Source: Hydrolagus affinis (lineage: Eukaryota). Taken from it: a stretch of DNA of 61,100 bases. How positions within the stretch are numbered: the stretch's first letter is position 1; each line of letters starts with the position of its first letter. Below are positions 22,327-35,035 of this stretch, piece by piece. The notes beneath the pieces were generated by a model. The model saw only the letters and a program-made list of their open reading frames with translations. It ran no database searches and was not told the origin of the DNA. A program made the position numbers and the translations under genes. Location of the stretch: NCBI GenBank assembly GCA_012026655.1, contig JAAILG010001857.1, positions 1 to 61,100 of the forward strand, in the 5' to 3' direction.

Positions 22327-25224
22327 GTAAAGTCACCTTACGAATTTGCAGAGTTAACAGTTTCTTTTAATTGCATATATATATATATAAAAACACTGAC
22401 CTCCCCTCAGTATTTAGGGAGATCAGGCTTAGACATGGATTGACTTTAATGTCTCTTGTTTGCCTGGTCTTTACAGGTTGTTTGACCAGAAGTCGCCTCT
22501 GTGATTTTGCTTTAGGGTTTGAATCCTGTCCCCTGGTTAGGAAGGAGGCAATGCATTTGCTGCAGCTCATGTCCCAGTGCTGATCTGCTCTGAGGTTTAT
22601 TACTCTAACCTGGGGGGAACCTACAGGGCAGAGAGAGTGAGGCTGTCAGCAGGAGAGTATGGTTCCTATACTGTGACCACACTGTGTAGGGTGAAGCTTG
22701 CAGCCAACTCCAATAAACTCACTGCAGCCCTGGTGAAAGTGGACCACTCAAACCTTGTAGATTGTCCTCAATTAACGCGTGTGTTTCTTTTAAAAAATGG
22801 AATTAAAAAAAATTGCATTCAACGTGATTGAAGAGACGCGAACGGAATCTTTGAATAATGTGTGAGAAATCGATGGGGGGGGGGAGGCATAGTGATTAAT
22901 TATGAATTATTGAACTAAATCCAGACTTTATTTACACAGGATTGGGATATCTTTGCACGAAAAATGCTATTTTTAATGAAAGCTTCTCCCCGTTTATTTT
23001 AAGACTATTGGTTACATTTTTTCTCACAGCTATTCATTCAATAGGCATTTCTGTGTTGTGGTTATTGCTATGTTTGCACAGCTGGCAATTATACATTATA
23101 GACTGAGCTATTCAAGTGATGCCGTAGACTGGAGAAGAATGCTGTAAAGTGAGTATGAACCGCTCTGAGGCTTGTGCTTATTTGGTTGTCATTTTCAAAC
23201 GCGTTTAAATGCGACATTTAATGGAATCCCTTTTAACGGGTCCACTTGGCTCTTGTCAGTCAGCCCTCTCGCCACTGACTCGTAAAGTTACGGGGGTCAA
23301 GCAACACACGAGGACTTTGAGCTCACAAAGTCTTTCTTGGAAAGTGTTGGAACTGTTGAGACTTTTTAAACTCGGGTGAAACTTTGAACCAAGGTCCCTG
23401 TCTACTTGGTTAGCTGGACATGGAAATTCCTATGACAGTATTTGTGAAGAAAGTGTGTGTTGGCCAAGAATCCACTAGTCTAGAAGATAAATTCCTCATT
23501 CATCTCCTAGCCGTCTGTGAGATTTCACTTGCACAAATGGTTGCCATCATCAATACTTGATGCTGCAGGGATTCGGATGCTCTTGTATTGCCCCTGAACT
23601 CATCACAGGAATATCTGCCAACAATCTCTGGAGTGCACCACAGCCTTTGAGGTATATTCACATTCACTGAAAGCTCTGTGCTATGTTGGAGGGGAAAGGG
23701 CACAGACAAATAGATAAATATTGTTGGTACTGTATACTCCCTAACCTAAACAACACATGCCTGTATCATCAGTGGAATTTCTGTCCCCAAATGAGCCCCC
23801 GGGAAAATAATTCCCAAAGAATAATAGCTTTGAATAATTCGTTGAAAGACACAGAGTTTGTTACTTCCTTGAAGACTGTTGGCCAACTTGAACTTTTAAC
23901 ACAAACCAGATGTTGCTGGCAGGCAAACGATCTCCAGTAAATTTGAGACTTAACTGTGCTTCTCAACCCAAATGCGATGTCAATGAACCAGCTGAGACTG
24001 AGCTCCTAAACCCAAAAGCTGTGACATGAACCCATCAGACTCCAAATGTAACCACTGTAGCTTTGGAGAGAAATCTGTGGCCGAGAAAACTAGATAACTC
24101 TTTAAGTGTATGTAAGCAGTGTTGTATGGTGCGGCGGCCTGCCTCTGGTCTGAACTTTGAGTTGTCTAACTAGATAGCCACCTTCATTCCACCCCTTTCC
24201 CCTCCCACTCGACCCGCGCTCCCAGTCAACTGTGTGAGCACTTTGAGATGTCCTCCCTGTGTGACAGAAACTAAATAAATACAGTAGTACATTGTTGTTG
24301 GACTAATCCATCTGCCATTGAATTAAAGTGGGAGAGGGAGGGGAGAGGGAGGAATTGGCAATTGGATTTCCAACAATAGAAATGTTATTATTATTATATT
24401 ATTACAGTATTATGTCCTTTAGCTGTTTCAGTAGATGGAGATCTCCACTCTGCATGTCTACCTTGCATTACCTTCCTATGAAGAGAAGAGTAGTATAATT
24501 TCAGTCTATGTATTGCCCTTTTATTGCCACCAAATGAGTCTCTGAAAGAGAAAACTCCACAAATGTCAACATGTTGTCGTTTGCAAACTTCAGTGCCCTC
24601 CACAAAGATAATCAAGCTTCCATAATAAAATGTAATTTTACTTTGGTGCTTAATAATAATAATTCAAAAATGGATTGACAAAATACCTGATGAACAAAAT
24701 GCCAACCTTCCAGCAAAAAGTGGCTATTGTAGGAAGCTCAAATATGTTAAGAAAATAACATCCATTCATTTATAAAATGGCAGTGTTATTGGCCTGGCTG
24801 ACCCACCAGAAAATAACTATTTAGAGTGATTTAAAATTGTACTGAAATGATAATAAGAATAATTAATTCTTGCATTTGATATAGTGCCTTATCGTGTTGA
24901 GACATCCATAATGCTTCACGGGATATACTGTATAGTGTGACTGTGTATTTTGTGGACTTGAAATTTCACCCAGACTTATCCTGAAAGACTAATCTGTCTT
25001 AAAATTTAAAGTTGTGCAGTGGTGTAGAAAATTCTTTAAATTCAGTCTTAATTTGAAAGCTGGTTCTTGTCAAGAGCTGCACCAAACCGCAGATACACAC
25101 ACAGTATTTGTTTGTAACTTTACACTCTAATCTTTGACCCCAGAGGAGAGGTGAAGGGCTCTTTGCGAGTAATAGAGGATTTCTGACTTTTTTTTTAATC
25201 AATGGAGCGTTTATTTTCGATCAG

Positions 25225-25470
25225 CAGAAAATAACAACAAAGTTACATTTGTATGGTGCCTTTCACGTCTGGAGGATGTCCCAAGGTGCTGGACAATCAA
25301 TGTTTCAGACCTGAGCTGGGGGTTGGGATCGAGGAGGGTGGAGGGCAGGGTGGGGAAGGAAGGTAACCAAAAGCACGCATGAAAGGAGAGTCTTGAGATG
25401 GGCCTTGAAGGAGGCAAGGGAGGGGGTGAGGTGGAGGGACTGTGGGATGGAGTTACAGAGGGTGAGGGCA
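25225..25470 (-). mobile_element. L2 LINE 3' end
   Basis: Minus strand CNSIPQSLHL..SLASFKAHLKTLL plus L2 tail. Confidence 0.85.
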
Positions 25471-27468
25471 GAGTTGCAGAAGGGTGCAGCGTGCACAAAC
25501 AGCGAGATGGAATTTTCCACCGGGGAAATGGCTATGGAACTTTCACTACAGATACCTCTTTTATAACAGTGGTCACCGTAAAACTATATTTATGATGTTT
25601 AATGTTTTCGAAGGCTTTGAATTAATCTTTAGGTACGTTTAGAATCTAAACTCCCCGTAATCCTTTAACAAGGTTTGTTTGATTTAATGACTAGCTTAGC
25701 AGGGGTTAAAAGTAGCTTTTCTGGACCGATCCAGGTCCGTTCCATGTGATTTTCCTGGGAAGAGGATCACTGCTCTGAGATAACGAGCAGTTGGGTCCTT
25801 GAACATAGATGTAAGAACACTGGACCACAGAAACAAAAAGCTACACATCGAACACCTATGGCCATAGTTTTAAGAAAAAGTTCAGCTATTTGTATTGGTT
25901 AATAAACCTTGGATTATTACACCATCATATTGGTCATCTCCATCGCAATCTTTTACATGAGCAATTGGGTTTGCGGCAGCAGCAACACCAAAGGTTGGTG
26001 GAAAGGTAACTGAGGCTAGCACCTCACCATTCAGAGAATACCAGAGGCTAAGGAGATTCTGTATAACATAATTTGCCAGTGTATTAAAAATAAGGAAAGC
26101 CTCTCTTAGCTAAACGGAGGAGAAATATTCTATTATTTCTGTTCTCTCTGATGTTTAAAGCTCCAGTCTCCCTCAGGAAGTCAGCTCGATATCAATCGAT
26201 AAGGGATTATAGTCAGATCAACATCATCCAATAAAACTGGAAACGTCATGGTCTACAATGACCTTTACATTGGATCTTAGAATGAAGTCCAAAATGAGGA
26301 GGCTGTTGTGGGTTATTATTTTAACATCATTCAGTGGTATATAAGCTGAATGCTTTAACTTGTGTGTGGGGTTTTTTCCCCCCTGCCATCATCTGGTCAC
26401 TTCCAACTCCCTGCACCAACCTGACAGCCAACAACCTCTCAGCCTCTTCGTGTGACCTAAATTGACTTTCACCACATGGTGTTTCCTTCAACTTGTCGAA
26501 GGCAGCTAGCCCGACATTCCTCCCGGTCTATAACACTGTTTGCCTTACAATTCAGTAACACACGGTACAATGGAAAAATCCTCAAATTCAACCTTAGTTT
26601 TGAAAACAGCTATTTTCAAGAACCGCAGAAAACGGGCTTCCAAATTCACACACCGAAATTAAAAATGTTTCTGTAATTCGGTGTGACCTTGAGGTTTTAG
26701 GACAAAATTGATTTCCAGGATTAAGTAGAATTGTGGGCCTTTTGATTGCATCATATTCTTGAGTTATATAGGGTTTATATTATACAGTAAATGGAATCCC
26801 TGAGTTTTGTTGATTATAAAGCATGGATTCCATGCGTGGAAATTACTTACCCTCAACCATCACCCTACAGAGTTATCATTACATGGAGAGCTGCACCCTC
26901 CAGGATCATCCCAAAAGCCATTATCCATGATGATGCTATAGTGATGCTATATTTTGGTCTGTGGACTTGAAAGAAACCGAAGCATCTATGATTTGACTTT
27001 GGTGCCTTCACTGCCAACCTGATCTTATCCTTATGAAATCCAGATGTCTGTGTGCTTTGAAGCAAGAGTGTTTAAAACGGGATTGAGCTGGAACCCTAGA
27101 TGACAGTGCGTTTTAAAGCCATATTTAATACCTTGTCCCAGCTGAGATCAACTAATTGGGCACAGACCACTCTCCTCAAACCAGTGTCCTTCTAGTTTGT
27201 ATGTCTCAGGGCTACACCAGGTATTGCCACTTCAATGGGGGAGAATCTATATACTTTCTGTTTCTATTTCCACACAGTGCTTGCTTCTGCAATACCTCAG
27301 AGAGTTGTCATATCTGATTCTGTTGTTTAGCAACAGTGACTGCAACCAAAACAAGATTCTCTTAAAATTTGTATTCAGATAACATTGGCTTCTCTCTCTT
27401 TGCCTTCTTCATGGTGACAAGAGACCCAAGATCCAGTCAGAGTGAAAAATGTGTAGAAATATTTGGAT

Positions 27469-28028
27469 AGTTGTAAATATAAATAAATGCTCACTATTAC
27501 AGCCAAAGCAACCATATGGGACGGCTTGCGGAGAATTGCATCCCTGGAGTTGGATCTTGTGTGGTCTTGGTTATTTCTGTTCAATATGTTGCATCCAGTA
27601 ACAGAAACACCACCTCAATTTTACAATGTAACTCTGCCAAAAATAATTTTCATTATCAAATGGATTTTAAGGAACCAAATGACTTGCCCAGTATTTGCTG
27701 TGACCTGGAATTAAAACATATTTCTGCCCCCGAAGAGCAATGCTTTTAGATCGCAGGTGCGATATGGAACTTTACTGCTCAACAGCTTCTGCAGCAAAGC
27801 TTAAGACATTAATATTCTCTGCTTTTACAAAGAAAGGATTGCTGTGCCTAGTGAGAGCAGAATTTACATCAATAACAGCATTGAGTTGGTGTTTCTATTA
27901 CTGGGCACGACATATTGAACAGAAGCAACCAAGACCACACAGGATCATCTCCAGGGATGCAATTCTCTGTAAGCTTCCTAGACGGTTGCAGTTGCTATAA
28001 TAGTGAGCATTTATTTATATTCACAACT
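27469..28028. mobile_element. ~560-bp element bounded by long (140-170 bp) imperfect inverted repeats; MITE/foldback-like
   Basis: 27469-~27637 is the reverse complement of ~27855-28028 (e.g. gagaattgcatccctggag / ctccagggatgcaattctc; atataaataaatgctcactatta / taatagtgagcatttatttatat). Confidence 0.8.
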
Positions 28029-28524
28029 TGCAATTGTATATACAGGAGAGCCTTTCACAGAGTCAAACATCTCAACGCGCTTCATAGAGATGGAATAGGA
28101 ACCTGAACAGGAGGGGAGATGGAGGGTAGGGAGCAGCGGGCAACCAAAGGTAAGGTCACAGAGATACAGAAAGGTTTTGAAAGTGGAGATGTTAAGTGCA
28201 AGATGGAAGGATTTAGGGAAAGAATTTCAGAATGGGGCCAAGTTGGCTGAAAGCTCGCCTGCAGATGGTGTCACGGAGGGAGAGTTATTACTGATCACCA
28301 GATGAAATCTTAGCTTGTGAACTAGATACACAATTGTAAAATTAATCCTTAGGATTGCTTTGAAGTGTATAGGAGTGTGTTCCAGACTCTTGGTATGGGT
28401 TCATGCTGATCAATTTGCTATGTTCCGTCTGTGGATGGAGACCGGTTTGTATCTCATTTGTTCATGAATAAGTGGAAATTGCAGAATCTCCACGTTTTCC
28501 ATCAAATTTGCATTTATTATCTAA

Positions 28525-28672
28525 TACTGTTTGGGGACACTGCTGTACGCAATGGGCTACTACATTTCGCCCGCAAATACACAATTCACTTTACAGTATA
28601 TTCTGTGAAGCACTTTGAGATGTCTAGAAGACTTGAAAAACGCTATGTATCAAATGCAAAGAGTATTATTAA
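28525..28672 (+). mobile_element. SINE 3' fragment
   Basis: Recurrent SINE body and tail. Confidence 0.85.
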
Positions 28673-29257
28673 TATCTCTCTTGTACTCTGAAGGAACTAA
28701 TTGATGTACAGGTTGACTGGCACCTAAGAGGCATGTTAGACTGTTGGTGGGTGAGTGTTGGCAGGATGTTTTACAAGGCAAGTGGAGCCTGTTTAAATTG
28801 ATTTTAATGGTCCAGACAATTGGCAGTCCCAGTAAATTCACTGTAATCCTCCAGAGTAACTCAAGCAACATAAATTACATTCTGGCCCATTTTCTGCTTA
28901 TCTTTCCATAGATATCGTTTTTTCATCCTCGATGATGTGTAAGATTTTCAACAGACTTTACTGGGTTTGATGCAATCCCCTGTGCCTCACCAAGTGAAAA
29001 GCGTTGTCAGTGAAATTCAAGATCAGTGTTGTCGCCATCATTTTATCACCTTCAGTGCCGGTTTCATAAAATAAGAAATCTTCAGTAGGTTTGCTGGAAT
29101 TCCAGGAGGTGGGCATATATGGTTGTGAGGAGATGGGTCCTTAATATTTAACACAGTTGTATCAATATATGTAATGCATTTGAGGATAATTCCACAAAGT
29201 GAGATATGTTTTGATTAGCAACAAATTTTTCAATAGGAACATAAAGTGGTTAGAACA

Positions 29258-29680
29258 TAATAATAATCCTTGCATTTGATATAGTGCTTTCCACATTTTA
29301 TCAACGTCCCAAAGCGCTTCACAGAATATACTGTAAAGTGAATTGACTGTATATATTTGTGGGCGAATGTGCATCGCAAGCAAGAGATCTGGGTTGTTAT
29401 TCTCAGCAGAGCGAAATGTTGGGCAAGTTTCCTTACTCCACATGCCTCCCTTTGCCTAGCAGTAAATAGGAACCCGGTTGTTAGTTGATTGGTGGATTGT
29501 TTCTCCGAGATAATAATCCTTCAAGATAAAAAAAAACGTAATAATTTGGTCACTCAATCCATGATTCTTTGTGGGACATTGTCGTACACGATTGGTTGCC
29601 ACGTTTTGCCCACAAAATACAGTCAATTCACTTTACAGTATATTCTGTTAAGTGCTTTGAGATGTCTAGAAGACGTGAAC
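29258..29680. mobile_element. Back-to-back SINE pair (minus tail 29258-29372; plus copy 29375-29680)
   Basis: Two oppositely oriented copies abut near 29373. Confidence 0.85.
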
Positions 29681-29924
29681 ACAAACAGCAACAACAACAA
29701 AATGACACCTGTATAGCGCCTTTCAAATTGGGAGGAAAGGAGCAGGCCATTCAGTACGTTGAGCTTGTTCCGCCATTCTGTAAGATCATAGCTGATCTGT
29801 ATTTCAACTCCAATTCTTGAAACTTGAGCTTTATTGACCATTTCTCCTAGTCTTTGGTGTCAGTCTAACTCAGTTTGCACCACCCTTATTTCTGAGACAG
29901 AAAGTTAAGGTTTCCAGTGCAGTG

Positions 29925-30395
29925 CTCTCTGTTCATGCATCACTAAAACAGTTTTATCAATTCTGACAGTAGACAAAGCCTCAAATATAATTGCTGCTAT
30001 CTGTGTGTGATGTATTGTTACCACTGGAGCATAGTATTGATAGAGCTGCTGGCTGACAGCAAACACCATACACCCAAAGCAGGCTGTTTCCACACAGACT
30101 TGTTTATAAAATGACACATCTCCTTGGCTTTTTAGTAGGGAGAGTTTTATATAGTGTGAGTGGGCACATTTTGCTGGTTAAGGTAATAATAATCATATTA
30201 ATGCTTGCATTCGATATAGTGTCTTATCACACTACAGTATTGAGATATCTCAAAATGCTTCACAGAATAGACTGCAATGTGAATTGACTGTTTATTTTAT
30301 GGGCAAAACAAAGCAGCCAATTTCACAAATCATCTTGGTTTGATCAAATTATTATTTTTTCTTTTGGAGAGATAATTATTTCCAGAAAGTAATCC
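29925..30395 (+). repeat. Local direct duplication, copy 1
   Basis: Colinear with 31458-31900 (e.g. gtattgatagagctgctggctga, ccaaagcaggctgtttccacacaga), including a minus-strand SINE tail at the same position. Confidence 0.9.
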
Positions 30396-31457
30396 AGAGC
30401 CTTGAGGTATCCTCCCAACATGAAAGGTGCTATTTCACTTCAGATGAAATGTTACACTGAGATTTTGCCTCCTGCTCAGTGGGTTTTAAAGATCCCAGGA
30501 CATTAATTGGGTGGGAAAAAAAGGAATTTCTCCTAGACAATCCTCTGGATAAAATTATTTATTCAGTTCATTGCTGTTTTGGAGATTTTTGCTTGCCTGT
30601 TCAGCCTACAAAGCACACATTGCACTTTCCATTAAAATCCAGTACGACACTTTGAAGACGTGATAATGCGCAGTCTAATTACTGTTAGGATAATTTAAAG
30701 TGAAAGCTGACGTGTTGACGTGCAAAATTGTTCTTGCAGACTTTACATAAAGTTCATTCCAGTAAAAGTGATACTGTAATCAAGATCAGAATTTTTTTTT
30801 ACACGGCTTGGTTAAGCTGTCGATAGAATCCATCAACAAATACATATATATACTTAATTAGATTCCATAGCTAAAAGACAACCACTGACTACTGCCAATA
30901 GAGAATAAAAATGGCAACGTTTAATTCTGTCAGATGGCACTTTCCCATTCTATACAATTTTATGTTCAGTTACTGTGATTTACTGTGATGTGGGAAGGAG
31001 GTTCCTAATTGGTCTAGTTTAAGCTATTTTCTTGTATATGCAGATAATTGTATAATTTTTTTTATTCCCTCACTCCTTGTTTTTCTATACTTCTCTCTAG
31101 CATTTGATGGATTTTGCTTTGTCCCTTCATTTCACAAGATCGGTTCGGATGAAGGTGGCTTTTCCTGCCAACCTGCTCTAGTTATTAATTAAAGTTCCTT
31201 GTGCTGAATTCCTCAGTGAAATTGTTGGAAAGTCTTCCCAGTGCTGTGTCGAAGGTGCCCCTGTAATAATAATAATACTTCAATTTGATATAGCACCACA
31301 TCATGTAATCAAAGCTCCTCAAAATACTTCATATATATATATATATATATTGCTAAGTATATAAGTGTGTAAAAATGAACATTTATAATATATGGAAGCC
31401 TTTGTCATGTAACTAGTGCTTGAGAACAGTGATGCGCCAAGCCTCCCTTTAAGCTGT

Positions 31458-31900
31458 ACTCTGCTCCTGCATCTCTAAAACAGTTTATAAACTCTGACAG
31501 TAGATAAAGCTTTGAATATGGTTGCTGTGTGTGTTGTATTGTTACCGCTGGAGCTTAGTAGTATTGATAGAGCTGCTGGCTGATAGCAAGCACCATACCC
31601 CCAAAGCAGGCTGTTTCCACACAGAGACTTATTGTTTATTAAAAGGCAAATCTCACAGCCTTTAGTACAGAGAGTTTTATATGGCATGAGCGGCATGCTG
31701 TTTAAGATAATAATAATAATCCTTGCATTTGATATAGTGTTATCACACCATTGAGATATCTCAAAGCGCTTCACAGAATATGAATCGACTGTATTTTGCA
31801 CGCTGCAGTGTCTCCCACAAACAGTCTTGGATTGCGTGACCAAATTATTCTTATTAATTTTTTTCCTTTTGGCGAGATAATTACTCCCGGAAAGCGATTC
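31458..31900 (+). repeat. Local direct duplication, copy 2
   Basis: Colinear with 29925-30395. Confidence 0.9.
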
Positions 31901-34689
31901 ACCGATTGACTGACTGTGTTCCTGCACAGTAAACAGAGATGTGCGGAGTAAGGAAACTTGCCTGACTACAGCATACAGTTATACGTGAAGGAATGTGAAA
32001 CCGACATGCTTCTCAGAATGCAACTCTACACACTGGCTGTCAGACAATGCCAGCTGATAGAAGAATGCTTAGCGGTGGCATTCTTTTGTGCAAATTCTTT
32101 GCTCAAGCATCAATTCATTCCCAAAGTATTCAAATCAATATTCATGGGTTCTTTTCAATGAAGCGGTTAATTTAATTTCAGCTGGAAATGAAGCATGACC
32201 TTCTGAATTAACAGCGCGTATCTCAGTGCGTTTTTGCTTTGTGCCGGAGAACACTTTAGGACCAGTGAAACGTATCTGTTCGGCACTTTGCCAGCAAAGT
32301 ACATGGGAACCCGCTTCAATTCAGTCCAGGCATTCCCAGCTTTAATTCTAATGATGAGCTGAGTACAGGAAACTCCAGTTCATTTTCAAGCAGGAATGTA
32401 ATATGAACTAACGCACATCCCACTGCAGCAGAAAAGAAAAAAAAGTTTCAGGAGGGTCCTTTGGGTCTGATTGGGAGAGAATTTTTTTTGATGTTTATCA
32501 GAGCATTAAATGCATGTGGGGATTAATTCAAAGAGTTTATGCACAATTTCTGCTCAGATTAATAGAGCTCTGGTGCTTTTGTCCACCTCGTTCTGGGCAG
32601 GTTGGAACAAGAGGCTCAGTTACAGTGCATAGAAGTGCATAGATTCTCCTCTTCTGATGACCTGCTGAAATATTTCATCCCCATAAACACTCAGTAGACC
32701 TTGGAGGATATCCGGATGTGATATCTTGCCCAGGTGAATAAATGCGCAAAATGCCAGCGAAACGCAGAGGTTTAAAAAAACATCCTTCAGTTCCTCTGCT
32801 CATCTCAAAGCAATGCACACAGCAAAACCTAATACTTGAGATAACTCAGAAATGCCAGCACAATCCTGCTGCTTTCTAGGCGTCTCAGATCTTCAAACAG
32901 CATGACCTGTGTGAGGAACACAGGATTTTATTTTAGTGGGAAAGCAGAATGCTGATTATTGCAATGTGTGCCTTGATGATAATGCTGGTGTGAGTTAGCT
33001 TGTTAACCCCCCATCTGCAACTGCAATTATTCTTTGCGTTCCATTTGGAACTCGGTTATTCATTTTCTGCCTTTCCAGGTCTCTCTCACTGCATTTAGTT
33101 GTATGGTCAGAGTAATGGAGCAGGTGGGGAAAGGTGGTGGTGAGTGGGAGGGGAAGAATGGAGTCTTAATTGCAGGATTCATAACCAAGTTTGGATTTTC
33201 AACAACCTACGTGGAGTTCCCTTAGACCTTCTACGATGAACTTCTGATTGCAGGTAGAAGTCTCCATTTGCAAAACTGATTCCCATTAAAGTATCCTGAT
33301 ATGATAATAACGATAATAGTAATCCTTGCATTTCATAAAGTGCCTTTCACGTCTTCTAGACATCAGAATATACTGTAAAAGTGAATTGACTGTGGAGGTT
33401 TCACTCTGTAGGGTAGTGCTGCGTTGTTGGAGGTGCCGACCTGTGGACGACATGTTAAATTGAGATCTCCTCTGCTTGTTGAGATGGTACCTTTGCAAAT
33501 TGGCTGCCATTTTTATCTACACAGTCACTGCACAGTAACTCCTGTGAAGGGCTTTGAGTGTACCATGATTTCATAAGGAGCTATAACGGATACAAGAATT
33601 ATAATTAGAAGTGAGATTCTGAGGAAAATAAGTTTGTCAAACGAAAAATAATCTAAATATGATTGCCATATTCAATGGTGCGGCTAGGTTAATGCATTCT
33701 ACTTTCAAATGCGTCAACAGTTCAACTCATTGAATTATTTCCTACATTTCATGCTGTGGTTTCTATTTTGGATTAATGAGTGGATGGAGAGGAAGGATGG
33801 CTCCCGTTGTTCGGCTGTAGTGTAATCCATTACCAGGCTCCTCTCGGGTTTGGGTCATTCAAACTGCAAGCATTGTGCAGTCTGATTGTTAAGTAATGAT
33901 ATGAAAAGGCTGAATATGTTTATAGATTTTTTTTTTCCTCTCTCTCTCTCTTGCAATCGCAAAGCTTTGCTGAAGTGAGACTGTAGCATCAATGCGAGTG
34001 AAAGAGGGAAAGATATCCTATTATTATGATTTTCTCATGTGCTGAAATATTTAATGTGTAGTTCCCGAAGACAGTAACCTTTTCTACTCGACTCTGCAAC
34101 TCAGTTCATCGACAAAATTCACAGTCTATACAGTAAAATCCTGTGAAACTCTTTGAGATGGCTTCTCGATGTGAAAGGTTATGCATCAAGAGTTATAATT
34201 CTATTATTATTATTATTATCCGATTGCAATTGCCAATTCTTGATGACCTTTGCATGTTAATATAGTATTGATTCCTATCAATGTTTACGGCGCTCTACAA
34301 TATCTGCTGCTGCTCAGCCAAGCTGATTCTCTCTCTTAATAGACCATAGAACAAATGAATGTGCCGGCTTTCACTTGAGGCTCTCGTTGCTCTATATTCG
34401 CATTGTTGAAGCATTTTGTAAAATAGCAACTGGGAAAAATCTTCAAACAAAAAAAACAGTCAGATGTAGCCAACTGCCTTTTTACCTACAAACTGGACTT
34501 GATTTTATAATCAGGTTATTTTATAAGTCATTGTCTAACTACTGTTATATCAGGCCTGTTGTTTGGGGAACATAAGACATTTAACAGACATGTAGGATTA
34601 TCCTTATGATCAAACTTTGCAAAGTAGTAATTCTTGCATTTGATTCAATACTTTATTACATCAGCGAAGCACTTCACACAGCACTGTAA

Positions 34690-35035
34690 AGTGTAGTGAT
34701 TGTATTTTTGTCGGTGTGTGTGTGGCAGCCAATTTTCACGCAACGAATCGTGAAGAGATTGACCAATTCTATTTGGGAGATTGTTGGCCAGGACACCATG
34801 AGAAACTCCCTTCTCCTTTTGAGCTGTGCCATGGGATCTTTAATGTTCACTCAAACAGTCAGACTGAACCTCAGGGTTAATGCCTCCTCTAAAGAACAGC
34901 ACCACTGGCAATACAAAGGTCTCTTCGCACTGTATTAGAGTGTTCGTATAATCTATAAACAAATGCCCCAATGTGGCCCTTTTGACCCACACCCTTTTGA
35001 CTCAGAGGTGAGAACTAACTGAGCCAGGCTGATAC
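34690..35035 (-). mobile_element. Degenerate DeuSINE (SacSINE1-like)
   Basis: Reverse complement of the 46078-46455 type element, including gtgccatgggatctttaatgttcac and gactcagaggtgaga..actgagcca. Confidence 0.65.

Noticed and set aside
22100-22330. 76-aa ORF as an N-terminal extension of SPATS2L
   Set aside because: It lacks an ATG start and runs through microsatellites; an in-frame TGA at 47469-47471 precedes the SPATS2L ATG.
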